Shown here in pieces: positions 1 to 13,910 of a stretch of 64,000 nucleotides of DNA. Under the pieces are notes generated by a model. That model had not been told where the DNA came from. It saw only the letters and a list, made by a program, of their open reading frames with translations, and made no database searches. How positions within the stretch are numbered: the stretch's first letter is position 1; each line of letters starts with the position of its first letter. The position numbers and the translations under genes were made by a program. The DNA is taken from positions 639,036 through 703,035 of the forward strand of contig JAAOMT010000276.1 of assembly GCA_016748015.1 (NCBI GenBank), given 5' to 3'. Origin of the DNA: Geosiphon pyriformis uo1. Lineage: Eukaryota; Fungi; Glomeromycota.

Positions 1-537
1 ATGAATTCAATGTACAAGATCAGTCTCATAAAATATCTCAGTCACTATATTTTTCAAAGATAACCAGGGAATTTGAAAGTAGAGGGATAGTTTGTACTGT
101 TAACAAATGATCACACTTAGTATAATTCTATGCCTCATATTGGCACTCTTAGAATTCAATATCAAGTATCAGATATGCTTTTCAGTCACATTTTATTCAA
201 TAATCTTTAAATGCTGCAATTACACATTTCAGGAAAAAGATAGATAAAGACCAACAAGTAATTTTTTATCTTTAAGATATTCAGGTACTTAAAGGTAAAG
301 AAAGAAAAATTAGTGATAAGAGAATGATTGAGATAAAAGTTGTTATTTTATTTATTTGATTTCCTTGATTTCTTCATGCTTTTCTACAGCTAAGAGATTC
401 ATCACTTATATAATTATCAAAAGTGATCAATAATCAGGTCAATGATCACTTTCTAAAAATAGAGTGGCTAATTTATATAACATCAGTAGCTAATACATGT
501 GCTAATTAATAAGAAGTATAAGTTTTAACCATAATAA
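1..537. mobile_element. Probable partial LTR of a Gypsy-type element inserted into LINE ORF1
   Basis: LINE ORF1 similarity on the minus strand stops abruptly near 537. The terminus reads ...ccataata (decayed ...TAACA, i.e. TGTTA on minus). Non-coding, with an internal 10-bp inverted repeat (aaagtgatca 420-429 / tgatcacttt 443-452). Confidence 0.4.
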
Positions 538-978
538 TATCAATAGAAGAATTACATTCCAGACTAGTATTTACCCTTTTTGCTTTAAGAGTATTTGCTG
601 TCAAATCAAAAAAAAACTATTACTAATACTTAATAATATATTATTATCTTCATTATTATCAAACTTACTGTCTATATTCAAGTATATATTACTATTAGCA
701 TTAAATTTGACCAGAAAAATATTTTTTTTATTACCAAAATGCTTAATATTGCTAACTGAAATCTTTTTTTTTTGGAAAAAAAAACTCCTAACAGGATTGT
801 AAAAGTTTCTTTAAATGCTTTCTTTTTAGACATATTATTATTTATAATAGCCACTAAGTTTATCACAAAAAGATTATTTGTTTGAAAAATGTTGTAAGAA
901 ACTAAAAAGAAAAATAAAAAACTTTTTTCGAAAAATTGCTCTTTAAAAAATTTGGAATACAAGAAAGAAAGAAGTTTT
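538..978 (-). mobile_element. LINE-A: degenerate 5' end (5' UTR and ORF1 start) of a non-LTR retrotransposon
   Basis: 5' terminus aaaacttctttctttcttg matches the other LINE 5' ends. Minus translation MSKKKAFK...KKR...KAKRVNTSL aligns with ORF1 of LINE-1 (MSKKKAP...KARKATSNL) and LINE-5. Confidence 0.8.
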
Positions 979-3900
979 ACTATCTTTTTGGGTTTTTTGT
1001 AAATTATTTTAAGTAAAATAATTTTAATAATAATAATAATAATATTGGTTTTAAAATTTTGAAACTAATATTTTACAAATTTTTTTTTAATTTTTAAGTT
1101 AAAATTATTAGTGTTTAAAATTTTAAGAGTTTAAATTTGGTAATTTAGTTATATTAATATATATTTAGCATAATTTAAATTTAATTATAACAGTTATTAT
1201 ATAAAATATGTTATTAAGAAATTTTAACTTAAATTTGGTTATATAAAAATTAATTATTATTAAAAAATAATATAAATTGTTTAAAATACAAAAAACCAAA
1301 GCTTTTAAAAAATTTAAAATTTAAAATATTATTAAAGAATATATAAATTATTTTAAAAAATGTTTTAAATTATTTGATTTGTAATAAAATATTAATATTA
1401 AAATTTAATTTAATTTAATTTAAAATAAATAATATTATAAAAAAACATATAATAAATAACAATATTTTTTAATTTAAAAGACTTAATATATTTTTATAAA
1501 TTATATTAATAATAATGTTTTTTTAAAGTTATAAATTATATAATTTAAAATAAATTATTTAAAATAGTATTTTTTTTTTGAATAATAAGATTATTAAATT
1601 ATTAAATATTTTAAATAAATTGTAAAAATATTATATTAATTTTATATTGGATTATTAAATTTGTTGAATATTTACTTAAATAAAAAAATAACTTTTTATA
1701 AATAAAAATGTATTTAAGTTTTTATAATTTTAAATTTTATTTATAAAATAATATTTTAATTAATATTTGGTTTATTGTTTTATTAAAACTGCTTTTTTAA
1801 AATTTTATTAAATAAAATTTTAGTTTTTTGTAATGTAAAAATGTTTTATAAAAAAACAATTTTTTAGTATTAAAGAATATATTAATATAAATATTTATTT
1901 TTATTATTAAATTTATAATTTAAAATATTTTAAAAAAATCAAAAAGAATAATTATTATTTTAAAACATATATAAAACTTATAATTTTATAAATTAATTAT
2001 ATTTAAAGTATAATTTACTTAAAATTAAAATATATTATTATACTTAAAACTTTTATTTTGAAATTTTTTTATTTATTTAGTTTATAATTAGTTATATATT
2101 AGTTATTAATATTATTAATTATCTATTCTATTTTTAAAATAATTATTAATATAATCATTGACTTAATTAATGATTTAATTATTAACTTAGTTATTAACTT
2201 GGTTATTAACTTAATTATTAACCAAATTATTAACCAAATTATTAATATAATTATTAATATAATTATTAATTTAATGATTGATTTTTTTTAAAATATATAA
2301 ATAAAACTTTTTAAAACTATAAAAAAAATTTATACTTAGATTAAATTAATTTAAAACAAATATCAATATAATAATAATAATATTTTTATTTTTTATTATT
2401 TTTTTAATTTAGATAATTATTGGTTTTTGTAAAGTAAAAATCTAATAAACCAAATCAAACCAAATTTTGAATACTGTTTAAATTTAGTTTAAATTATGAA
2501 TTGAACTTAAATTTGATAAAATTAAAAAATATATATTTTTTGTATTATTTATCTATTAATTATTACTTTATTTAATAAAACAAAAAAATTGTAAATTATT
2601 TATTTATTGAAATAGTTTTTATTTTCCAACTTTAACATAATAAATAAATTTTTAAAATATGTTTTTTCTTTAAAATAGAGTATATACTGGCTATTATATA
2701 CACATTAAATAACAGTTTTTTGTTAAATAAAAATTTTAATAATATTATAATATTAGTTATATAATTTACATTAAAAACAGACTTTAATAATAATAATAAT
2801 AATAATAAACTTAATAAAATTAATAATTATATTTTTAAAAAAATAACCAATAAAAAAATAAATATAATAGCATAATAAAAAGTATATTGCAAAAAATATA
2901 TATTTAAATTATTATTTTTATTAAAAATTTGATATTTAAGTATATTAAACACAATTTTTTTATTATATATATATAATTTATAATTACTTAACAATCTAAA
3001 AATTATTTGTTGCTTCTAAATATATTTTTTCTATAAATAAATATATGCTTGCAGATATAAAATTTTGCTTAATGTCTAAAATTATAAGTACAATACAGTA
3101 TTTTTAATTATAGATGCAAAAATTATTAAAAAAATTAGTTAATATTATAATATTTTTAATAATTGAATTCGAATATACTTATAAATTTTAAATTGAACTT
3201 GTTGTTTAGATTGAATTTAATTCAAATTTAGTAATTTTAAGTTTAATTCAAGTTTAAATTCGAAATTTAGCTAAAATTTTTATTTGATTTAATTTAATAA
3301 TTTAATTAAATTTAGATTAAATCAAACCAAATATTAAACCTTTATTTATATTATTAAATTACTTATTTTAATTTTTAGTTTATTAAAAACAAATAATAAT
3401 AATAATATATATTTACTAAATTTAATACATTAAAACAATAATTTTTAATTATAATTATTAATAATTAAAAACTTATTAAAAAAGCAAAAACCACCAAAAT
3501 AAACCAATTATTAATATTAATTTTTATATTATAAAATTCAAATATATATTTTAAAATAATAGTTTTTAATTATAATTAATTAATATAAAAAACATTAAAT
3601 TATGTATTTTAATATTAATACTTATATTAATATTTAAAAAAACAAAAATATTATTAATAATAATAAAAATAAAAAACACAAATTTTTTAAATTTTTTATA
3701 ATAAACTTAAATTTTTTAATATAAATTTTTTTAATATGTAAATTTAATTACTATTTAATATGTAAAACAAAAAAATATCAACCAAATTAATAACTAAAAA
3801 AATTAAAATATTAATAGATTTAACAATAAATCTAATTAATATAACTAATATATTCAACTTAAATTTTAAAAAAACCAATTTAAGACTAAATAAATAAAAA

Positions 3901-5030
3901 ATTTATAATAATAATAATAATAACAAAAATAATAAAAAAAATAATAATAAAAAAAATTAATAAAACAAAAATTTTGGTATAAAATTTAATTCTAATAAAA
4001 TAAGATTTAAAAATCTTGATTTATTATAAATTTAAATAAAAATTTTGTAATATATTGTCAAATACCAACTAATTTTTAATGTAATTTAAGAAATTTTACT
4101 AAAAGCATTAAATATTAATAGTAAATACATATTATGTAAAATAATAATAGCAAAAAAAAGAGTAAATTTAATAATTATTATAAATTTAACAATTTTAAAA
4201 ATAAAAAAATAACAAAATTAGCAAGTTTAACTTAAAAATAATATTTAAAAAAACTTAAAAGACAAATTTTATACAAAACAGTTTTATATTATTTTTAAAT
4301 ATTAATTTTATATTAATAAAATTATATATAAACTAAAAAACAGTTTTAATATAAATTAATTTGATTTTAAAAGTAATATTATATATTAAAGTAAATATTA
4401 ATAATTTTTTTTTAAGTATTATTAAAATTAGTATTACCAAAAAACAAAAAAAAATTTATTCGGTTTTTATTTAATTAGTTTAATCTTTAAAATCAGATAA
4501 TTTAATAAATTAATTTTGGTAAATATATTATTGTTAATATTATTAAAAAAAAGACTATTGTTTACAGCCAAATTTAGTTTAAATATTATAATTAGTATAA
4601 TTTATAGTAAAATTAATGTAATTATTAAAAAAACCAAGTAAAATTAATATTTTATTTTTTACAAAAAAAAAAAAAAACTTTTAAAGAAAAAAATAATAAT
4701 TGCTTTTTGGCTTTAAAATTTTAATTATTATTTAGATAGAATCTTAAGTAAAACTTTTATTTAAAACCAAAAAATGGTTTAAAATTAGCAAAAAAAAAAT
4801 TATTATAATTATTTTATAAAATTAATTTTAAAATTATAAATATTATTATTATTATTAAAATTTTATAATTATTATTTAAAAAAATATATAAAATTTATTA
4901 TAAAATAATTGTTTTAAAAACAATTATTTAAATACTTAAATTTTAAAATAAAAAAATTTTGGATAATTTATTTATATAATTATTTAAATTTAAAAAAATA
5001 TTATAATAATAAAATATAAAATTTTTTTAA
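979..5030. mobile_element. Extremely AT-rich TE relic, possibly Gypsy gag/protease on plus
   Basis: Almost no G/C, no ORFs. The plus frame near 1290-1390 reads like decayed gag (KEYINYFKKCFKLFDL**, possibly from ..LFDLRQ). Decayed 12-bp tandem repeat ttattaacYWRR at about 2150-2275. Family assignment is tentative. Confidence 0.35.
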
Positions 5031-5038
5031 TATTAATA

Positions 5039-5040
<2 letters not shown>

Positions 5041-5102
<62 letters not shown>
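5041..5102. repeat. (TTA)n microsatellite
   Basis: Perfect TTA run seen directly. Confidence 0.95.
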
Positions 5103-5104
<2 letters not shown>

Positions 5105-5855
5105 ACCAAAAAAAATTATATATTTAAGTAAACAACAAAAAAAAAAAGATTAGTTATGTATAGTTTATGTATAATTTAAATTTAATGTATTATTTTAATA
5201 TTGTTTAAAACTATTTTGTAATTGGATTATATCTTAAAAAAAGTTTTTATTGAAAAAAAAAACTTTGTAAAATTAAAGTATTGTGAAAAATAAAAATAAT
5301 AATAAAATAAATTCATGTTTAAGAAGAATACATGTAATATATATAAATATATATATATATATATCTTCTTTTTTTTTTATAAAAACTCATTATAAATTAT
5401 TAACTAAAGAATTATTTATTAAAATAAATCAAAAAGTTGTTAATTAAAAATATTTAAAAATATTTTATTAATTTTTATTTTTTATTATTTATTATTTTTA
5501 AAAATTACACAAAAGCATAATAGTTGTTTACATTAAAAAAAAAAAAAAAAAAACCTTGTTTTTTTAAAAATAAACTAGTGAGTAAAATGATGATCATTTA
5601 ATTTTCGATCAGATGAAGTAAGCAAGTATCACAATAAAATGATATTCCTTTTACATTGATAAATTTTCTGAATCTTTTTAAACTTTTTTAACAAGGATTC
5701 AGATAAAAACCACGATTTTCATCTTTCTCAGAGCAAAGATCTTTGATAACAGTGAGGGAGGTAGAAAATTGTAGGTAAATAAAAAATATGAGTGAGGCTT
5801 TGGTTGATTGAATAAACTTAAATGGGAAATCAAAAATAAATGATAGGGAAGTGAA

Positions 5856-5951
<96 letters not shown>
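5856..5951. repeat. (AAT)n microsatellite
   Basis: Perfect AAT run of about 32 units. Confidence 0.95.
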
Positions 5952-5952
<1 letters not shown>

Positions 5953-6096
5953 TAATGATAACGATAGTAATATTAATAATAATATTCTTAACAAGACTTT
6001 CATTCTCGTTTAAAATCCTTTTATTGAGATTTTATAATAACTATTAAAAACAAAAAGGATCGTATCACAGAAATATCCAATCAAAAAAAATTTATG

Positions 6097-6394
6097 NNNN
6101 NNNNNNNNNNNNNNNNNNNNNNNNNNNNNNNNNNNNNNNNNNNNNNNNNNNNNNNNNNNNNNNNNNNNNNNNNNNNNNNNNNNNNNNNNNNNNNNNNNNN
6201 NNNNNNNNNNNNNNNNNNNNNNNNNNNNNNNNNNNNNNNNNNNNNNNNNNNNNNNNNNNNNNNNNNNNNNNNNNNNNNNNNNNNNNNNNNNNNNNNNNNN
6301 NNNNNNNNNNNNNNNNNNNNNNNNNNNNNNNNNNNNNNNNNNNNNNNNNNNNNNNNNNNNNNNNNNNNNNNNNNNNNNNNNNNNNNNNNNNNNN
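6097..6394. other. Assembly gap (N run)
   Basis: Run of N. Confidence 1.
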
Positions 6395-6487
6395 TTGGAA
6401 AAAAAAAAAAAAAACATTCAGAACCAATTATGATTTAATAGTTTTCATGCAGATCATATCTCGAATCAGGATACAATGTATTTAAAT

Positions 6488-6493
6488 CACATA

Positions 6494-6527
<34 letters not shown>
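6488..6527. repeat. (CA)n microsatellite
   Basis: cacatacacacatacacaca... run. Confidence 0.9.
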
Positions 6528-7128
6528 TAATTATATTTAGAATTTCAGTAGTAATTTGATGAAAAAAGAATTTATATTTTTATTACTTGTGAGAATAATA
6601 TGAAACGATTAAAAAAAAAAAATTTTTTTTTCAGAAACTGCATCAAATAATTCCTGCATACATTTATACATGGTTAAATTCTATTTCCAAAAAAAACAAA
6701 CAGATAAAGTTAGATTAGAATCCACGCGATCAGAAATTATTCATGTATATCATCGACTTAGTGAACGAGTTACGAGAGGTAAAAAAAAATGCTAAGAGAA
6801 AAACAAAGATGAGTAATGGGAACGGGTTAGTGAGACTGATCTTTATTACATGTTCACAAGCATATATGACAAATAATAGATTGAATGATTTTTATAATAA
6901 TGAATCAAAAATATTTGTCACATATAGTAACGGAAATGTTTAAACATATTCTCCAAATTAGCCTAATATAATATTTTTAATGCTTGAATTAAAATAAATA
7001 AATAAATAAATAAAAATAAAAACAATTATTAAAAGAAAAAACAAAGACAATTTTATCGAGCAGTTCACTAAATATCATTTCAAGTTACAAATGATAATCA
7101 ATTTAATTTGGCCAATCCCAATGGTGTC

Positions 7129-7178
7129 AGTGAGTGAGTGAGTGAGTGAGTGAGTGAGTGAGTGAGTGAGTGAGTGAG
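7129..7178. repeat. (GTGA)n tetranucleotide microsatellite
   Basis: About 12 perfect GAGT units upstream of the GH16 gene. Confidence 0.9.
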
Positions 7179-7770
7179 CCAACCGAAATGAATGTATGCT
7201 AATCAAATATGCCGTAAAATGCCCTTAATTAATACTTGAAATGTGTTATTAAACAATTCCCCTCATTTAATATTCTATTAAAAATTCAAATTCAAATTCA
7301 AATAAAGTTATGAAAAATTGGATCCGCTGCTCCTTATATTGTTTCCATTTCAAAAACTTTACGAGAGTGGTCAGTTTAAGAATAGAAACAACACTAAAAG
7401 TAGTAACAGCAATAGTAACAGCAGTAGCAGTAGCAGTAGCAGTAGCAGTAGCAGCAGCAGTGAATCATAAAATTGAAAGTATTCACATCTTCAAATATTA
7501 TCAACAAAGAGAAGACTATGGAACGGCAAACAAGGCTCAGTTTCTATATAAAGTCATCATTTCCTCGTTTGCCTCAAATTTTTTATTATCCTAATTCAAA
7601 ATAAATAAAAGAGTCTAAAAATTTTTCTTTCGAGAAAATAAACTTCACATTCTTTTTCATATAAAATCCCCTCTCATCATCCCTCCATCCCTCCATCCCT
7701 CTCATTATTCCTTTCTTTTCATAATCTTTTTTTTTCTCTCTCATCATATTACAAATCTAATAAATAAGAA

Positions 7771-8678
7771 ATGGCCCGTCTTGCAAAACTTAGTTTACTT
7801 CTAGTCTTGGCCCTTGCAATTGCCAATGATGTAATCTCTCATCCCCATTCTTCAAATAAGAAAACCAATTCTTTGCAAAAATCAAAATCTTTACCTCATT
7901 ATTCCTTCTCCCCATCATCATCATCATCATCATCATCAAAAAATAAAAAGATCTCTTATAAAACAAAAAAACCTACTAATAAATCCAACAAAAAGAAAAA
8001 ACCCACTAGTAAAAGACAATCTAATTCTTCTCCGAAAGTTGAACAGCCTTCCAATCCTAACAACACCAACACCAACAGCAACACCAACACCAACACCAAC
8101 ACCAACACCAACACCGACACCAACACCAACACCAACACCAACACTAACACTAACACTAACACCAACACCAACACCAACACTAACACTAACACTAACACTA
8201 ACACTAACACTAACACTAATCCTTCTGGAAAAAATATTTGTCGTTCATTTACTGAGACTTTTGACAAAGATACAATTGTCGAATATAAATCATACAATGG
8301 TAACCCGAAATCCGCAAATTGGATCAATTTATCCGGAACAAAAGAAACCTATGATATCTCAGATGGACAATTGAATATGCATATACTCCCACCGAAATCA
8401 TATGTAGTAAATACCACCGCTTATCATCCGTTCAATTCGGCTCTTGGTTCTGGTTTGACCTTAAATTCTACATATATGATGCATTATGGAACAGTGTCAG
8501 CAAAGATTAAGAGTAGTAATGTTGGTGGTGTGGTTACAGCTTTCATTGTGAGTATTTTAAATCAGTCATCAATTAATTAATAATCAATTAATTAATTTCA
8601 ATGATTCAACTTTTTAAATGAATGATAATATTTTTCAAATCACTAATTATAAAAATTATTTCTTTTTTACCTCTTACC

Positions 8679-8717
<39 letters not shown>

Positions 8718-9154
8718 AGACAATGTCACCAAACGGAGATGAAATCGATTGGGAACTCGTAGGAAAAGATGTCAGTAACGCTCAAACTAATTGGTACTGG
8801 AATGGTTTAATTCAATGGGGTGTTCATGGTGGGGTACATCCTATCACCGGTCCTGGAATCTCAGATGCTTTCCATACCTATGCCATCAACTGGACCCCTG
8901 AAGCTATTACTTGGTCTATTGATGGTAATTCCGTACGTACCTTAACCCCAGCTGATACTATGGTCAATGGAACCGCACAATATCCAAGTCACCCAAGTTA
9001 TATTCAATTGGGCTTGTGGGACGGAAGTGGTGCTGCGGGTACCGCCGAATGGGCTAATGGTCCTATCGATTGGTCTGCTCAGACTCAAAAGCCCACCACG
9101 CAAGTCTCAGAGATTCAAATCGCTTGTGATCCTGCATATAATACCGTTATTTAA
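7771..9154 (+). CDS. Secreted glycoside hydrolase family 16, Crh-like chitin/glucan transglycosylase; exons 7771-8547 and 8720-9154, 403 aa
   Basis: Signal peptide MARLAKLSLLLVLALAIA. Donor GTGAGT at 8548 and acceptor TAG ending at 8719 join in frame to give GGVVTAFI-TMSPNGDEIDWE (GH16 catalytic EIDWE). Further GH16 motifs FHTYAINWTPEAITWSIDG, IQLGLWDG, WANGPIDW. Branch point CACTAAT at 8641. Confidence 0.92.
8059..8220 (+). repeat. Coding (AACACC/AACACT)n repeat encoding (Asn-Thr)n
   Basis: Hexamer tandem array inside exon 1 of the GH16 gene. Confidence 0.95.
8679..8717 (+). repeat. (CAT)13 microsatellite abutting the intron 3' splice site
   Basis: CAT x13 directly followed by the AG acceptor. 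Confidence 0.9.
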
Positions 9155-9805
9155 ACGAGTTATCTGATTGAACTCTTTTTTTATTTTGGATTTATTTAAA
9201 AAGTTTTTTTTTTATTTCCTTTGGGGATTATTATTTTATGAAAAATTGCATTTCACATTATTATTATCATTATTATAATTATAATTATTATTATTATTAT
9301 TATTATTTTTATAACATTATTTTTATCTTATTATTATCACATTATTATCACTATTATTATCACTATTATTATTATTATTAAACTATTTATTATTGACCTT
9401 TATATTATTAACTCAACATTTTTTATTTTTTTTGAGTACATAAAAAACGGACTTTTGTTTATAAAAAACCTCAATATTTAAAATTCACTTGACAATAGTG
9501 CAAGAAAAATTTAGCTTATTATAGTTTGATAGAAAGTGAAATAGACTATATTAGATTTCTTTAAATAATAATATTATTAGAATTTGAGATTTATTAAAGA
9601 AAAATAAAAGAGAAAGAGGTATTTAAATTTTGAATAATTAAAAAGTTTTGATACTTCTGACAGAAAATGTCGAAAATTAAAAATTGCATATTAATTTTAC
9701 TACACGTATTTGGATTGATGATATCATTAAATTCCTTGATTATTATTGATGTTTGGAAATTCTAAGAAAATCTAAATGATTTATTTGTTTATATCGTGAC
9801 TGATG

Positions 9806-9848
<43 letters not shown>

Positions 9849-11615
9849 ATCTTTTTTATGATTAAAATAAGATCAATACATTTTAATACTATTTTTTTCA
9901 AACTCAACTTCTCAACGTTTTGAACTTTCCTATCAATTTTGTCTTTGATTTTCCATTTTGCCAAGTGTCACGTACATTTTTATTTTGGCCTTTTAACTGT
10001 AAAGAAACTTTCATGCCTCTTACTCCCATGACCATTATCAAGAATTTCTAGAAGTGAAGAGTGGAATTCAACAAAAAAATAATGTTTGAGAAATTTTTCT
10101 TTAAAACAGGTTGTAACTTGTAAAGAATATAGGAGGTTTACCATATGATTAACTCTCCTTTTTTTAAAACTTGATTTCCCAATTCCTAAATAGATTTCAA
10201 CTCGTAAATATCGATTCGATTTTTGTATTTGTTGTTATTATTGTTGTCGTTGTTGTTGTTGCTGTTATTATTATTGTTGTTGTTGTTGTTGTTGTTTTTG
10301 TTTTTACGATCAGCTGCAGGTGTAGAGAAACAAAAGGAGTTTGATTACTTGTACAATATAAAAACATTTTATGTTGAAAAAGCCCCAAAAGACTTTCAGA
10401 TCCTCGGGTTTTTTGGGAATCTTCGACAATAATCAATTTAATTCTTAAAAAGTTGGCTTAACAAGAATCTTGAAAACTCCCACATTTCCATATTGATGTT
10501 AGATTTTATTTGGGTCTCACAAACTATTTTCATTTCAGACATTTGAACTTTATTTTTGTTGATATCCTGGTTACTGGGTGATTAATAATGATGATGATGA
10601 TGATGATGGTAATTATGTTGATGGTGTTATTTTTATTAAAAATCATATTTGCATCCTCGTTGTTAGTTTGGTACGAATAGTTTTCTATTATCTGTTATTT
10701 AATTTCGATATTGTAAAAATAAAAATATTTATGTATTAAATTTTTTTTTTATTAATAGCCATTTTAAAATGAATTTAATAATTAAATTAAATTTTTAATA
10801 ATTTTTTTTTGAACAAAACTACTATTTTTATAGTTAATAATTATTGTTTTTTTTAACCTCTTTTTTTTTGGTTTTTATTAATTTACAAATACAAAAAAAT
10901 AATTCTCAAAATTTTGTTATATATTATTTATTTATTTATTTATTTTTCTCTTTTTTATTCATTGTTTTTATAAAAATAATAATAAAAATATGCTTTAGTT
11001 TTTTTTTAAAATATATATATATAAATTTTGTGTGTTATTAATTTTAATTAAAATATGAAATTATAAAATATGACAAATAATAATTACATGAATTATAATT
11101 AATTGTATTGTTATTAATTAAAAAAAAATTTTGATTTAAATAATTATAATAAATTTATGTTTTTTTTAAAAAAAAAATACTGAAAAACTAAATATATCAT
11201 TACATTTTTTTTAATTATGGGTTTTTTTTAAATAATTAAAAATTCTTACAAAATAATAATTTTTTTTTTTTAGTTTTTAATATAATTATTTAATTTTTTG
11301 TATATATATATACATTTTTTTAAAATTAATAAAAGTTTAATATATATAAATTAATATAATTATTTACATAAATTTAAAATAAATTATACAAATTTTTAAA
11401 TTTAATTTTTATTAATATATATATATTCTAAATTTTATTATAAATACAACTTATATAATTTTATTACATAATTAGTTATTTAGAATAAATAAATAAATAA
11501 TTATTTATTTAACAAACTAAAAAATTTTAAAAAAATTATTAAAAAAATTTTTTTTTCTTATATTTTATAATATATTAAATTCTGATTAATTTACATATAA
11601 TTATAAATAATTAAA

Positions 11616-12336
11616 TTTTTTTTTTATTTTAACAAGTGCAGCCTAACCACTATCTAGTATACAGAGATAAAGCAAAATATTCCAAACTAAATGTGGCTCA
11701 TATGCTTATTACATATAACTGATCACTTAAGCCCATCAAGGCAACATTACACACTCATCAGAACCCCCTTACTATTATCCAAACCAGAAAAAAACAAACA
11801 ACACTTACGTAAACCAAAACTGACAGCAAAAGACTTCACTATATTTAGCATATAAACAACACCATCAGATAGCAACCTGGACAGATCTCATGGTAAAGCA
11901 AAATTCTCATCATCATTGTAAACTAGACCAACCTTTTCCATACCAATCCTAAACTTAGATCTCAACAGCCACAGACAATCATGATGGTTACCTACAAAAT
12001 AACAAACAAACTTGACAACAATTAACCAGGCCTTTTTTCTATCACCAAAAATAGAAACAGCCTCATCAATCCAATCTCAAAAAACAAAACCCTTGCACAA
12101 AACAGCATATATACTGACATCTAAAGCATTTGCAAGTGTGTTTAGCACTGAGGATGATGCAAGAAGATAAACATCTGCCAAAGATTTCTACAATCTAATA
12201 TGATCAGCCATGATCTCCAAATGTAAAAAAGAATTCACAGAACACGTGAAAGCATGATCAGAAAATTTGATGTTACCATACATCAGATACAAAACACTCA
12301 GATAACCAATGTTATACAATTTCTTATGGACAACCA
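11616..12336 (-). mobile_element. 5'-truncated LINE (ORF2 C-terminal zinc finger, 3' UTR, poly(A))
   Basis: Poly(T) at about 11616-11630 on plus. 3' UTR agtggttaggctgcacttgtt matches LINE-2 (agtggttgggctgcactcatt). Minus translation includes the CLYC...DHAFTC-type C-terminal motif. Confidence 0.85.
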
Positions 12337-13910
12337 TTAATTTATTATATTATTTAATCTTAAAAACTAAAGTATTTTTTTATTTTTTAAATTTATTACA
12401 AATTAAAAATTTTTTAAGTAAATAGTTTTTATTTTAATATTTAATAAAATTATTAATTTAAAGTTAATTATAAAAAATAATGTTAAAATTTTTTATATAA
12501 AATTTGTATTTCAAGTTTTCTTGAATATTTTTATTTAAATTAAACTTTTTGGTTCTTTTTTTCTTTTTTATTATTTTTAATATTATGAAATTTTTATGGT
12601 ATTTGTTTCTGTTTTTTTTGTTATAATTTTATAGAATATTTAGTTAAATATTTTTTAAACAAAATTAAAAATATAATGATAAAATTATAAATATTAAACT
12701 AAAGTTTACTGGTTTATAACAATATATTATTATGTATTTTAAGTTTTTTGAAATTATTAAAACTGTTTTTATTTGTTAATTAATTTTAATAATAAAAATT
12801 AATATTAAAATCTTTTTTTTTATTAATTAAATTTTATTTAAAAATCAAATTAATTGATTTTTTTTGGTTATACAGTTTTTAAAATCAATAATTTGATTTT
12901 TTAAGTTGACAGCTAAATTTATTTTAATTTTCGGTTTTATAATACTAATTATTATTAATAGTTTGTTATTATTATTATTTTTAAGTTTAAAAAAATTTTT
13001 AATAAAATTATTATTAAAATTAATATCTTATATAAAAAATATATATATAATAAAAAACTTTTAAATATTAGTATTATTACAAATATTAAAGTTTAAATTA
13101 TTTGGTTCTTGTTTGTAAAAATGTTTTTTTTTTTTGGTTTTTCTAAAAAGTTTGTTAAATTTTTTGTTAATTATTTTACTAAATTTTTATTAATTATTTT
13201 ACTAAATTTTTTATATTTTATCTTAAAATTGCTACTTTTTTAATAATATTATATTTTAATTTGTTTAGTATTTTTTTTTAATAAAAAATATAAGTTTAAA
13301 TTGGGTTTTTTGGAATTCAAACCTCAAAATTTATTTGTTTTAATTAAATTTATAATAATAAAATTTGGATTTTTAGTAAATTTAATTGCTTTTTTTTAAC
13401 TGTCAAAATTAATTTTGCCATAAATATTAAAGATTATTTTATTTTTTTAAAAGTTTAAATTAATTGTATTGTTAATTTAATTATTATTGTGCTTAAAAAT
13501 TTTAACTAAATTAAAAACAAACACAAAACTTAAATTGTAAATACTATTATTAAAAAAAATTTTTACCTTTAATTATAGTTATTTTGTTAACAATATTTTT
13601 AATTTACTGTTTTTATATTGTTACTAGAATTTGACATAATTTGTTAATACTATATTGTTTATAAAATATTTTTAAAAAAATACTGTAAATTAATATTTAA
13701 ATTCAAATTTGTTTAAACAATTGCTATTTAGTTTAAACTATAAGAAATTTTCAGATATAATAATATAAGTCTTAGAAAGATTGTTTGAAATTAATTTAAG
13801 ACTGTTTATTTAATAATTTTTTATTTTATTGTTTTTTGAAATACAAATCTAATGACTACTTTTTTGGTTTTATAAAATCTAAAAATTAATATTTCCTATT
13901 TTGAATTCAG

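Noticed and set aside
2150-2275. CRISPR-like array (also 14708-14810 and 58308-58705)
   Set aside because: Tandem degenerate repeats without unique spacers, no cas genes, eukaryotic context.
4480-4660. Possible dUTPase-like relic in the AT-rich region
   Set aside because: Only a faint resemblance after reversing many transitions; cannot be supported.
6010-6438. ORFs spanning the first gap (and 56900-57364 spanning the second)
   Set aside because: Composed of N-derived X residues; artefacts.
7310-7594. 94-aa ORF with VAVAVA run upstream of GH16
   Set aside because: Produced by a (GCAGTA)n microsatellite in the promoter region; no domain evidence.
7956-8374. (LV)n and (TP)n ORFs
   Set aside because: Alternative frames and antisense of the NT-coding repeat in the GH16 exon.
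9743-10700. Possible second host gene (short ORFs with poly-Y, poly-T, poly-L)
   Set aside because: ORFs arise from microsatellites; no consistent splice-supported model or motif found by eye.
10720-11615. AT-rich block as a centromere or organellar insertion
   Set aside because: No organellar gene motifs; composition matches the decayed TE relics, but no family could be read, so it is left unassigned.
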